NCBI GenBank assembly: GCA_001244265.2
Contig: CDLV01000021.1
Span: 124,001-183,399, forward strand
DNA: 59,399 bases
Direction: 5' to 3'
Source of the DNA: Microbotryum violaceum
Taxonomy: Eukaryota
Part shown: positions 38,691 through 53,653 of the stretch, piece after piece
How the letters are laid out: every line of letters begins with the position of its first letter
Numbering within the stretch: the stretch's first letter is position 1
Translations under genes and position numbers: made by a program
Notes under the pieces: generated by a model
The model's input: only the letters and a program-made list of their open reading frames with translations
Told to the model about the DNA's origin: nothing
Databases searched by the model: none

Positions 38691-40670
38691 AGCAAAACAT
38701 CGTCGATGTGAGACCGTTCTTATGTCTTTCTTTGGGCATACTATGCTCTGAGTCGGTCTGCAAGATGACCGATATTTGTTATGTCTCTGTGGTTTGTGAC
38801 GCGTCTTTCAGTGACGCGTCTTTCAGTGTAGATCCTTGAGTTTAGTTTCAGATGATTGTCATGCACGCATACAGCGCCTCAGTTGCCATCTTGATTGTGG
38901 CAATTAATCTTAACAGGATTGTAAATCAATACGATCAAAGCGCTCATTCTGTCAGGCTCCGCCAAGATCACTGGGCATACTCGAAACCCCCCCCAGCGGA
39001 CCGTTTCCTACGTCAAGGCCCGGGGGCCCCTGTGTGCTCCGGGCGCCGGCATCCCGTTCATCTACGGCCCCCCTTCCAGAGATTACGCTGGAGTCTTTCT
39101 TCACAACCAATCGTTCCGCACCTTTGTCCTACAAGGACTCGGGGCGCACCGCATGGGCCGCAGCACAATGGTGTGGCGCTCGCATCCAGGCAAGGCGACA
39201 TCTCTGCGCATCTATTTACCTTTGGGTCAACGAAATTAGAATAGCTCTCGGCCGGCGCATCTCCTCTTTCTTCTTCTTCTTCTTCTGAAGTTGTGATGTA
39301 CAACCAAATGGCCATACACCTTTTCCAACTTCGACCTCATCGCCGTTTCTTGCGCCTCCCGTTTCAAACACACTTGCGAACCGATCCCTCCTAATCATTA
39401 TCATATCCATGTATCCATGCTTCGTCCGAAGGCACCGTACCATTGACCGGGTCTCGTTGCACAAGTCTGTTTGACCTTTTGGCCTACCGTTGTCTTCTTC
39501 CCTTAGATACAATCTGACTTCACCTTCAGGTCGGACCCGTTGCCACTGCATAACCCTTAACTGCCTGCGCGCCGCAAAACCGGACGGTGGACAACTGTGA
39601 GGGCATTCGGTGGGACTGCAATACAGGGGTCAGACGACAGCTCGACCTCTCCTTTCATGTCCCATCCTGAATTCACCCATCGTCGCAACTATAAGACCCA
39701 ACTGAAGACCAAGAAGATGACCATCACAATGATGACAAGACGGTATGTCCCGTCGAAAAGAACTCTGAAAACACCCTCCCGGTTTGGGTACTTTCAGTCT
39801 GACTCCAACACGACGTGTTGTCCACCTTGGGTTTGAACCCTGATTGGTGTCACAAAAGACTATATGACCTGCCATCGCCGAAAACCACGGCAGGGCAGTC
39901 GGTCGGTCGATATTAGAAGGAGGCCTAGGCCACAACAGCGTGCAGAACTCTCAAGCCGCCTAATGCGATGAGAAAACGTAGAGCAACGACAGAGCAAGGG
40001 GTGTATCAAGGTGAGTCTGACTCGCTCGTGGCTTTGTTCAGTCAAATACAGCACAATACTTTGGGTATGGGTGACTATGACTTGCTGCAGTTCGACTGTT
40101 GAAACGCAAGCGCCCGTGATGACGTACTTCGCATCGAGATTACAGTGAGCGTGTGAACTACGCAGGAAGGAATTGCGACAAAGCAGTACGCTGGATCAGG
40201 ACTTCGTTCAAGTATACATCAAAATGTAGTCGGCAGTGTTGGAATATAATAAGTACTTTTGCAATCCCTGCTGACTGTTTGGGAAGTGTCACCCAAGGCA
40301 CGACGCGGACTGCGCATGTGACTGACTGGCAGGGAGCGCGGTCTACATGTAGGAGATCTCAGTGCAGTCAGTGCAACAAAGATGCAATGGACGCTTGTGT
40401 TCACTCCCTCAGTGTAGCGCGCTCTTCCTCTAAATCTTACCGGTCGTGTTGGGCTCCGGCTGCCAGCTTTACTCGAGCGACATTAGGCGAGCCACCGCAA
40501 GATCGAGCGATTTAGCGATGCCGGGTCTTGGATGTCTGATCGCTCGTGTTGCACTTCCTGGCGAAGCGTCGTATAACGGGTAGAATTACTAGCGAAATGA
40601 ACGCATCATTGATCTCTTTACTAGTGCAAGAAGCAACTGGGCAAAAGTCTGCAACTATATATGATCAATA

Positions 40671-41820
40671 TCAAATCCCCCAAAAAACATCGCCATCGTC
40701 TTCATCAAAGTTCTCGTTGATCTCGTCACTGAAGGCGCCGTAATCGGTAGTGTCGACGGAATGATGACTCAAATCATCGCTCGAATGATCACTGATGTCA
40801 AGAAGGGTGTCATGATCCGTGGCGATGTCGTCTGACTCTCCGACCATCCCATCATTGATGCAGTCTGGCCATGTGTGATCCGGCAAGCCACCCGCTGTGG
40901 TTCGTTGAAAAACATCAATGTCGTCGGTGCACCACATTCGAAGCTCGACCCACTCCTCCACTTGCGGTTCGCCGGTTTGCCGGGTGCATTCCCACAGGTG
41001 ATCTAGGCCGCCCTTCGAAAACCATCGGCGCGCAATATTTCTAAGACGCTCTTCTTCTTGCTCGAGCATCATCATCGCAGAGTCATCCTGCTCATCTCGT
41101 TGGAGTGATTGCTGGCGAACTTGCTGAAACCTCTTGCGACGGCTTATCAGCCACCGTCCAATACGACGCACTTCCCATCCAATTCGCTTGATTTCTTGCT
41201 GGCATCTTGCGCGAGACAATACTGCTGGAATGCCGACACGAACATCATCTTCGTAGGCCCACGGCTCAGTGGGATGACTATATAATCCGTTGTTCCAGAG
41301 CGGCGCCAAGATGTCGAGTTTGAGCAGTTCGTTGAGATCCTCTGGGGCTGACGGCGGTACCCTTCGGGTTCTCAAGATCGAATGGGAATCCTCAGAATTG
41401 GCGAGGATGGCAGGGGGTCGAGCCCATACGCCTTGTACGTGCGCTTCAAAGCCGCTCTTTTGATGATATTCCGGACCCCAAGATTCTTGGAAACGACCTG
41501 CTCGAGAACAGCATGTGCAGTGTCAGCTCAGGAGACGTACCGCTATTGCCGGAAGTAATCGCTATCCGTACCAGATCTGCAATCTTCGTTGACCACTCGA
41601 TTCTTGTCCGCCCGCTCTTGTTGTATTCAGCAGCAAAGTCTCCGACTGGTCAAAGAGCGATCTCTTCGATCGCCATATGCCTTGGCCGTCGAGATTGCTC
41701 GACAGCAACCTCCAGCGCCTGCCGCTTGTGGTTGGCCGCCCTGGTGTTGGCCGCCTTATGCAATGTAACGTACTGGTTGCGGTTGCTTGGACAGGAGTCG
41801 CAAATTGACATTGCATAGTA
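40671..41820 (-). pseudogene. KDZ-type transposase C-terminal region, broken upstream
   Basis: LW.NG......EPWAYEDDVRVGI.A.L...RCQQEIKRIGWEVRR is recognised as the conserved tail of basidiomycete KDZ (CxC-associated) transposases. Confidence 0.65.
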
Positions 41821-41866
41821 GCGCTGAATCAGCTTACAGGGCGCGAGCACCGCATAACGCGCGCGT

Positions 41867-42026
41867 TCTTAAGCCGCCACTAAGCACTCTTATGCGATTT
41901 GTAGATTACGCCGACTTAAGGGCGCGCACCGCTTAGAGACGCTTAAGCGCGCTTAAGGACGTAAGGACGCTTAACAAGACGTCGTCGCGCTTAAGGACGC
42001 TTCACAAGATGTCTTCGAGCTTAAGC
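41867..42026. repeat. Cluster of (G)CTTAAG-core short repeats (subterminal)
   Basis: Multiple CTTAAG and GCTTAAGGACG units within 160 bp. Confidence 0.75.
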
Positions 42027-42772
42027 CATTTTGCTGATTGGCACCGAGACAGCGACATGAACGATTTGTACAAGTGTACAAATGTGCAGCACGCTCCTGT
42101 TCCGGTACTGTTCCCTATCTTACAAAATATGACTGCGTTGAGCCTATAACCCCCTGCAGAGTATATGTAGCGAGAGGTGGTGCAGTGGTGAGCTACGCCA
42201 TGGGCATCGAATATTCGCGGCGCTTGGTCCGGAAGAGAGGGTTTCCCGTCAGAGGTTCAGACCATCGGGTCCTATGGGAAGTATGTGCTTCCCGTCAGAG
42301 CACCCTTAGAGGACGATTTTTTCAATACCTACCGCAAATAATTATGTGCCTCCCGTTCGAGACCGCGCTGCGGCAAATGCTCCGACAGAGCGACACTCGG
42401 GGAACGTGGTGAATGAGAATGAGAATTTCAGCTAGTCTACAAAGAGAGACGACCCTTATCGGGCGCTGGACCACTTTAAGTACTAGGCTATCGGGTGTGA
42501 AACGATCGTGTCAAAACTCCTTGGGCCTTGAGCCTTGGGCCTTGAGCCTTGGGCCTTGGGCGTGCCCGAATTGCCCGCCGGCCCGCGCCAGGTACCGCCC
42601 AGCCTGGCGAGACGATTACAAAGCCCGCCAGGCTCGCGCCAACAATTTCCGAGGCCGAATGCGCGTCCTTTTCCCGTGGTGCGTCAGCCTACGACGATCC
42701 CTTCCACTCTCCACTCCACACCCTCCTGGCAGCCAGATCACATTCAAACGACGACGACGTCTCGGGTTCATC

Positions 42773-44348
42773 ATGAGCAACTCGTGGGCCTTCTCCCAGG
42801 TACGTCCCATGGCGTCGGCTGACGGATGTTTGTGGCGCCGGTCTGTGTGCAGCTGAAACTGACCCGTCCCCGCCCGCTCGCTCGATTTCACGCTCGCAGT
42901 TGAACCAGGTGCGTCGTCAAGCGCTCACCGCGACCATCCTCGACGGTGCCTCCGTACTGATCACCAGCACCCCTGTGATTGCAACAGCTCACTCCGTCCC
43001 CAGGTGTCAGTCCTCAAAATGGACCGGACGCCGTCGCCCAACGCGATGACTTGTCATGTACGTGCACTGCCCCTATCCGAAACTCAACGGCCCGGTTGGG
43101 CGTGGGCCCCCGGCTTGCGGCCGCCAGGCAAGCAAGCGAAAGTCCGGCGCTCGCGCCCGCTTGGTTTTGCCCTGTGCCGCTGCCGCTGGCTGAGGCGCTG
43201 AGGACCGGCGGCCAGCCCCGGCGCCGCGATTGGCTTTGGTGGGCCAAGCGAGTCGACGGGCCGCCTTCGACGATCGGCATGCCGCGCCACATGCATCCCA
43301 GCATACTGACCTGTGTGTTTGTTCTACCTCCCCGCAGTGTCGTTCCCTTGCGATGGTACGGTGCTGCAAGCCCAATTAGAGGCCTGGACTTCGGTCGCAT
43401 TCGACTTTGACTCGGCCGTCGATGACATGTCGCCCGCCAACTCGAGCTCGCTGTTCACCGACGCTGTCAAGGCCTTGGACGAGGACCACGCCACGCGGGA
43501 ACGGTACCGCGTCAATCTCGCCTCAGCTCCGGGAACGTACGCTTTCGACTCGGGCGTCGTCGAGCCGCCCAGCGATCGTGACCTCGATGCATTGCTGTCG
43601 ACCGGTTTGGGACCGAGGGTCGCCGCGCTGGACCCCTATGCGTCGCTCGTGGACCCAACCTTGCACCTTCCGACGTGCGGCAACGCGATCGCTTCGACCT
43701 CTTCGGCCAGTGCGATCGTCGATGCGTTCGCCGGATTGCCCAACTCGCTCTTCCCTTCGCCCTCCGCGCGCGACGGCCGCAGCAGCAGCAGCAGCAAGGC
43801 TGCAGCACCCGTCGTGACGTCGACGAGCTTGAACGCCATGCCCAAAAAGGCCGTGGCCACCCCTCGAGCGCTCAAGAAGGTCGCCGCCCCGACGGTCGAG
43901 ACCCCCGTTGCGCAGGAAGTCGACTTCGTTGACGGTGACGACGAGGCGAACCGCGTCGCCGTCGAGGAGGACAAGCGACGAAGGAATACGGCCGCCTCCG
44001 GTGAGTAGTAACAGGACTGGACGTCAAACGTTATGGCCCGATTCCTGATCGGGTGTGCCCCTATCCCCTGTTGCAGCCCGATTCCGCATCAAAAAGAAGC
44101 AGCGCGAGCAAGCGCTCGAATCGACGGCCAAGGAGTTGCGCGACCGCGTCGCCGCGCTCGAGGCCGAGGTCGCGGGTCTGCGCACGGAAAACGGGTGGTT
44201 GCGAAGCCTCATCACGGACAAGCCCAAGAACCCGGTTGAGGACGCTGATCTAAAACTGTTGCTGTCGGGTTCGAGGAAGCGCGGGCGAGAGGAGGACCAC
44301 GAGCACGTTGATGGGGCGGACAAGTCGGTCGTCGCGATTAAGGTCTGA
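42773..44348 (+). CDS. bZIP transcription factor of the MetR/Cys-3/Zip1 sulfur-regulator type
   Basis: EEDKRRRNTAAS|ARFRIKKKQREQALE....L...V..LE.EV..LRTENGWLRSLI, plus upstream L..WT...FDFD. Exons 42773-42799, 42900-42908, 42988-43057, 43339-44000 and about 44077-44348. Confidence 0.88.
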
Positions 44349-44999
44349 TGATCTGCCCTTGCGTTCGTCATGACTTCACCCCATCTCTGTGTCAATTATT
44401 CCTTCTCGTCTCTTCGTTTTCTTGGTTCTGTTCATCGCAGTCGCAGTTCTTACGTACGAAAACCCCATCCTCTTCGCCCGAGCCGATCCCAGCGATTTGT
44501 GCTCGCCTTCCGCCGTCCCTTTTGTCTCGCACCTGTCTGGGTATCCAACTACCAATTGTCGTTCTCACTAGTCTGTTCCTTCTTGCGTTTCTACCCGTAC
44601 ACACATTGTTCCGATTCATTTTGCTCTTCATTCCCGACACAGACGGGGTTGAGGCTTGCTTCTCTCTAGCGCTCTGTCCTTGTCGGGCTCTCGTTTGCAA
44701 TTGTTTCGAACCTCCAACATGGTTCACAAAAAGCAGCTACGAATCGATAGGCGAGGTGATGTTTGAATGTACCATACAAAACAAAGCCGTACAAAACAAA
44801 GTTCTCGCGATCAAAGCTGGCGGAAGCGATCAATTGCGAGCGCATTGGTCGGTCAAACCCCTCCCTACGCCGAGCGCGATCGTGATCGAGAACCCGCAGG
44901 CCCCCGCCGAGTCAACCGTCGAGTCAAGGCACTGCCGGCCTATCGCACGCAAGTCCCCTCACCCTTTTGGCGTTCACCCTGGAGGACCACGTGCTCCGG

Positions 45000-47193
45000 A
45001 TGTTGTCTCCTACAATCCTCCCTCGATCTACAGGATCGTGCCTCCGAGCGGTCGCGTCGCGATCCATAAGCGTTCGCCCTTCGTCTTCGTCGTGGGGTGG
45101 TGATGCTGGTCCTCGTCGTTCGCTCGCTACGGCGTCAAGTTCCTTCTTCCCCGACGAGCCCAAGGCCCCTACTATCAACACTGCAATTCCAGGTGCGTTT
45201 TAGCTACTACGTATGGTGGAAAGCTTGGAGATAGTACTCACGTTGCTTGGGATCTTGCCTTCCCGTTTGTTCCCATTAGGTCCGAAATCGAAGCAAGCGA
45301 GCGAGGCGATCGCTCAGTTTCAGGACCCGAGAACCCATGTCTTTGTTACTGGTGAGCTTAGAATGGCTCGACGTTCCAGCTCAAAAGAAGGCAATGCTGA
45401 TCGTCTGGGGAAATTCTTCGACAGACTACGCCAAATCCAAAGGTGGCCCCTTGCGAGGAGCTCCGCACTTGACCCCGGCCTTCAAACTGATCGCATGCAC
45501 CATTTTGCCCGCCCTTTGCAGGAAACTACATCGCCGACGTGGACGGGAACGTCATGCTCGACGTCTTTGCGCAAATCGCTTCAATCCCGATCGGCTACAA
45601 TAATCCGCGCTTGCTCGAACTCGCCAAATCAGACGAATTTGCCATTGCTGCGTTCGTCCTCAGCGCTCTGTGGATTTAGTCGACGGTTCAGGATCCGAAG
45701 GCTGACCCGGTCTCGGGAGCCTTCCGACAGAATGAATCGACCCGCCCTCGGCTCGTTCCCTTCGAAAGAATGGGCAGAGACGATCAATTCGGGGCTCTTG
45801 TCGGTCGCGCCGAGCGGGACCCCCCACCTCTTCACGCAAATGTGTGGCTCGTGCGCCAACGAGGGCGCGTTGAAGGCAGCGTTCATGGCCTATCGTGCGA
45901 GGCAGAGGGGAGAAGAGCAAGCCTTTTCCGCCGAAGAGGTGCGTCGCGTCGACCTTGGCCTAATCATCGTACCAAAGCCCTGGTATGATCGCTGATCCCT
46001 ATACCCTGCACCCCTCCCCATAGATGAGCTCGTGCATGAAGAACGAGGCTCCAGGGGCACCGCAGTTGACGGCCATGTCGTTCACAACCGCGTTTCACGG
46101 GAGGCTATTTGGGTCTCTGTCGTTGACGAGATCCAAGGCGATCCACAAGGTGAGCGGGGGGTCCCTTCTCTCGATTTGGAAACCGGCGTTCGAGGGGGTG
46201 CTGACGTTTCTCTTCGTGGCTACCTATCAGCTCGACATCCCTGCCTTCGATTGGCCCGCCGTCCCCTTTCCTCTACTCAAATACCCCCTGTCCGAATACG
46301 CTTCTGAAAACGCCGAGACCGAAGCGCGCGCCTTGGCCCAGGTCGAAGCGACGATCGTCGAGCAAAAGAAGATTGGGAGCGACGTTGCGGCGTTGATCGT
46401 CGAACCGATCCAGGCCGAAGGCGGTGACAACCACGCCAGCCCGGGCTTTTTCAATGCCCTGAGGACGTTGACCAAGGTGAGCGCGTAGACACGAGCTGTG
46501 CCGTCGTTTTGATCAATGATTGATGACGGCATGGTTTGCCTCTTCTGCCAGGAGCATGGGGTGTACATGATTGTCGACGAAGTGCAAACGGGCGTCGGCG
46601 CGACGGGATCGTTCTGGGCCCATGAGAAATGGAATCTCGACACGCCCCCCGATTTCGTCACGTTCTCGAAAAAGATGCAGGCAGCCGGATTTTACCACCG
46701 CGCCGAGTTGAGGGCCAGTCTGCCGTATCGCAAGTGAGTATTTCCGGATTGTGGGTCGACGATGATCGAGGCTCGGTGAGCTGAAACCGTTGCTTGCGCC
46801 GTGGTCGTCGATGGCAGCTACAACACCTGGATGGGCGACCCGATCCGAGCCCTGCAGGCGCGCGAGATGATCTCGTACATCAACGAACACGACCTCGTCG
46901 CTCACACCGAATCGATCGGTAACGCGCTCTACGCTTCGTTGCTCTCGCGCGCTAAGTCCAACCACTCGCAGCACATTCAGAATCTCCGTGGCGAGCACGC
47001 CGGCACGTTCATCGCCTGGGACCTTGAAACGGCGGCCAAGCGGGACAAGTTGGTCGTAGAAATGAGGCAGCGTGGGATCAACATGGGGGCGTGTGGGGAT
47101 CGTGCGGTGCGACTGCGGCCGATGTTGGTGTTTGGGCAACCCCAAATGGAGGTCCTGTTGGGGACGTTGGACGAGGTGCTCAAGGAGATCTAA
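45000..47193 (+). CDS. UGA1: 4-aminobutyrate aminotransferase (GABA-T), multi-exon
   Basis: DY.KS.GNYIADVDGN..LDVFAQIASIPIGYN, NRPALG.FP, AFHGRLFGSLS.TRSK.IHK.DIPAFDWP, IVDEVQTGVGATG.FWAHE, PLP lysine in VTFSKKMQ, NTWMGDP. Confidence 0.96.
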
Positions 47194-47530
47194 GGGCTCA
47201 AGGCGTTCAGTCGCTGGTGACATTTGCAACTTTTATATAAGGGGTTTCAGGAATGGTACCAAGGAATTGCAAGCTTTGTTTTGGTAAAAAAGATTTTGTG
47301 TCGACAGATGATCTGATCGAGGCGACCGAGGAAGAGAGGGATTGGCTCGACCGCGGCCGCCTCGGTGAGCGCTCCGAACACATGTACCACCCTGTTGCTA
47401 CAAAAAAAGAAAAAGAAAAGAGGAGGCAGATGGACACGTGGGTTAGAATTCCCGGGTCCGTCGGGATACTCTGTCGTACGCCGAGCGACGGACGACCTAC
47501 GCAAAAATATAGTGCGTAGGGAAGCAAAGA

Positions 47531-47618
47531 TGATCTACCCAGGAGTCGAACCTGGAATCTCTTGATGTATACGTTAATCGGTCGTAGTCAAGCGCCTTAA
47601 CCATTGGGCCAGCAGACC
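47531..47618 (-). tRNA. tRNA-Arg(ACG) with a 15-nt canonical intron (47567-47581)
   Basis: Minus strand reads GGTCTGC TGGCCCAATGGTTAAGGCG CTTGA CT ACG A [intron] A TCAAG AGATT CCAGG TTCGACT CCTGG GTAGATC A, giving a full cloverleaf with A and B boxes. Confidence 0.95.
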
Positions 47619-47664
47619 AATGACTGAATGCAACAACCGCAGACACGTGTTTATACAATCTCAA

Positions 47665-49896
47665 CTAAGACCATTGAAGGGGGGCGGGCTAAATATTTTT
47701 TTGCGATGGAGGCGCTTCGATTTTGGGATGCTGTGGCGGGCTCGAACGAGGCGATCTAGGCGCCCCTAGCTCGCGAGAGCTGGCAGTCCCTCATCGCTGC
47801 GACCCGCGATTTCAGTCCGTGGGGGTTCTTCAGCAGCACGGCTCGGCTCGAGAAGCTGTATCGCGACTCGACGCGCTGGGGGGCAGTCGTTGCAGCGGCC
47901 AGGGTCACATTTCCAACCATCAAGTCCGAACTCCTTACGCTCCCCGAATTGCTCTCGCTTCCGCCTCGCCTCCCTTCACTCTATGCTGAAGGTGCCAAGC
48001 ACGCATACGACGATGCGGACGCAGTGGCGAAGTTTGCGCAGATCGCGGACCTGTACTGGAGGGACGAAGGGAAGGGCTGGGCTCTGGTTGGTCATCGACG
48101 CGGGTTCTGGCAGCACTCTAAGGAACCCGCCCTACAGCACGAGCACGTGTGGTCGCGCGTGGGTCAGTTGCTCAAGGCGAAAGCCTTGCTGCCCAAGACC
48201 GCGTTGCGACCTGCTCGGATACCTCTCAAGGAGGCTCCCCGTCCTCGGTGCTTCAACTTCTTTGGGCTCACCCGACCGTTCACTATTCGCAAGCTTCGTC
48301 GGCTTGTGAACGTGGTTCGGTTCCCAGGGAGGGAGGATCGTATCAAGCGTTTCCGTGATGGGACTTCTCAAAGCGATAGGAAGCGCTTCTGGAGATGGCT
48401 TCATGACCGGTTCGCGTCTGCTGTGGAGCAGGACACCCACTGGCGGCTCATGTACGGCCCGACACCGACGCGCAAGAGGCAGCATACTCAGGGTCATGCC
48501 TCTTCGCCGACGTGTCTGTTCTGCGGCAACGATGTAGCGGTCATCGAGACGGTGTCGCACTACTTGTTCGAGTGCGCGTACTCGACCAGCTTCTGGGGTG
48601 GGGTGCTTCGCATTCTGTTCGACAAGCTGGGCATCGAGGATACCGACGTCGATCCGTCGACGTTCACTCCGGAGCAGCTGACTATGGGGCTCCCCCTTTT
48701 GCGGGGTCGTGGGAGAACGACCTCGAGATGGATGTGGGTTCGGCTGGCCTGCGCGATCGGCTTCCAGCGGCTGCACCTGCTCCGCTGGCACGTCCACCAG
48801 CGGTTCGAGAAGGACCGCGTCGTGGCCCCTCCCTCGCTCCCCAGTGCACTCAGAGCGTTCGAGCGAGATTTTCTCTCTCGAGCGGGTTTTGTGCCTGGGG
48901 CTCGAGATTGGGAGGTGTGATGACCGAGTTAAGTCCTTCCTTCCCATTTTCCTCCCCTCCTTTCCTCCCTTCTTTTTCGGAGGTCGACTCCTCTTTTAGA
49001 AACTGACTGTCTCGAAACTTGTTGCGCAGTGGAAGGCTGCGCACCTCTCCCTCTCTCTCTCTACTTTGCGCAGTAGCGGTTTTTTTTGTTCTTGGATGGA
49101 TCGGCAAGCCAGGTCGATTGTCTTTGCGTTGGAGGCTTTGTGAAGTTTTTCCCTCTCCTTTCCCCCTTTTTTCCCTTCCCTTCCTCTTCTCGTTCCTGTT
49201 GCTCGGTTGTTGACTACGCTTCAGCCACTTCTCCTTTTACTCCTAAGCCGTGTGTTGGATTCCGTCGAATGGTTCGTTCGTTCGCGTTGGTCAAGATCTA
49301 CGGCATGGCTCGGGAAGGAAGGTCGCTCGTTTCTGGTCAATATCCTCGCGTCAAGGCGAGGCTCGTTTCGTTGTACTGGATCGCTTTTCTCTCGGCCCCG
49401 ACGGCTCAACAGCCAGCACTCGAGATTCAGCCAAGGGAGGACATCAGGCGCTGTCGGGGTGACGAGTAGCTGGGGCTTGGCTGCGGCCTGTTAGTCCCTG
49501 GGGACCTCTACCTCCGGCTTCGACCCCCTACCTTGGCCCCTCGGGTGTGTTCCCCTCCTCTCTGTCTTAGTATTCCTGGTTCTCCGTATCCCCAGTCGTG
49601 ACTTTCTGTATACTCTCCCCCTTCTTTCTCTAGGCGCTCTTGCCTGGTTTTCGAGTATCTTTGCTCCCGCTCTTGGGACGTGAAGCGGCAGCAGTACTCA
49701 CCGCCCGTTGGAGTCCGCGTTAGGTGCTCGGCGGGTTTTGATCTGCGCAGCGCTCTTTGCGCGCAGGGGTTTGACTTTCACCCAACTGCTTGCCGTCGTT
49801 GCTTTATAACCTCCTTTAGCTCTTTTTTGTAGCGGTCCCAGCCAACCCGAAGGATTGCAATTTATGAGCCCCAGTCAAAAAAAAAAAAAAAAAAAA
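47665..49896 (+). mobile_element. 5'-truncated L1-clade non-LTR retrotransposon: ORF2 C-terminus (zf-RVT), about 950-bp 3' UTR, A20 tail
   Basis: P..GGGL at 47671, FWDAVAGSNEAI* and CLFCG....ETVSHYLFEC...FW (zf-RVT). Stop at 48920, poly(A) 49877-49896. Colinear similarity to the ORF2 at 52200-53525. Confidence 0.85.
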
Positions 49897-50174
49897 TTGA
49901 GATTGACTCGACGGTGACTCGCACTCTTTGGCTTCGGGGTTCTGAGTCAAGGGAGGATCAGCAGACACAGGCAGAAAGTCGGCTTTGAGGGGCCAGGGAC
50001 TGCTGAGGTGGAGGTTTTGAGGGGCCTCCACCGCGTCTTGTTGTGACCGAGCATAGACTTGGGACTTCGCGGGTCAAGGGTAGCTGCTCAGTCGCTCTCC
50101 TGTCTTCGTCTTGACCGGGAAGTGGGGGCGGGGTGGGCCTCTTGTCGTTACGTCTTCCATCTAGTTCTTAGTGA

Positions 50175-53525
<3,351 letters not shown>

Positions 53526-53653
53526 AGGCTGGGTTCGACTTTCCCCCACCACCACCACACACACACACCAAATTCTTGTGACATCATTTTCTCCTACTGT
53601 ACACTAAATAGATCGCTTTCATCTTTCATTTGTTACAGGTTCACCGTTGCGGA

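Larger units (their letters stand above)
34742..42043. mobile_element. Putative degenerate Kyakuja-Dileera-Zisupton (KDZ)-type DNA transposon of about 7.3 kb
   Basis: Inverted ATCAGCAAA/TTTGCTGAT near both ends, TTAA-core subterminal repeat clusters at both ends, and a KDZ-like transposase C-terminal fragment inside. Confidence 0.5.

Noticed and set aside
38850-40600. TET/JBP dioxygenase inside the KDZ-like element
   Set aside because: No HxD...H...R motif set could be recognised in the ORFs.
44348-45103. 251-aa ORF between the bZIP and UGA1 genes
   Set aside because: It spans a pyrimidine-rich 3' UTR and promoter, overlaps UGA1 out of frame, and has no protein-like motifs.
48921-49876. Hammerhead or HDV ribozyme in the LINE 3' UTR
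   Set aside because: No CTGANGA...GAAA core with proper stems and no HDV pseudoknot was identified by eye.
47656-49905. CAATCTCAA (47656) / TTGAGATTG (49897) as a target-site duplication of the LINE
   Set aside because: The match is inverted rather than direct, so it is not a TSD. It is only 9 bp and remains unexplained.
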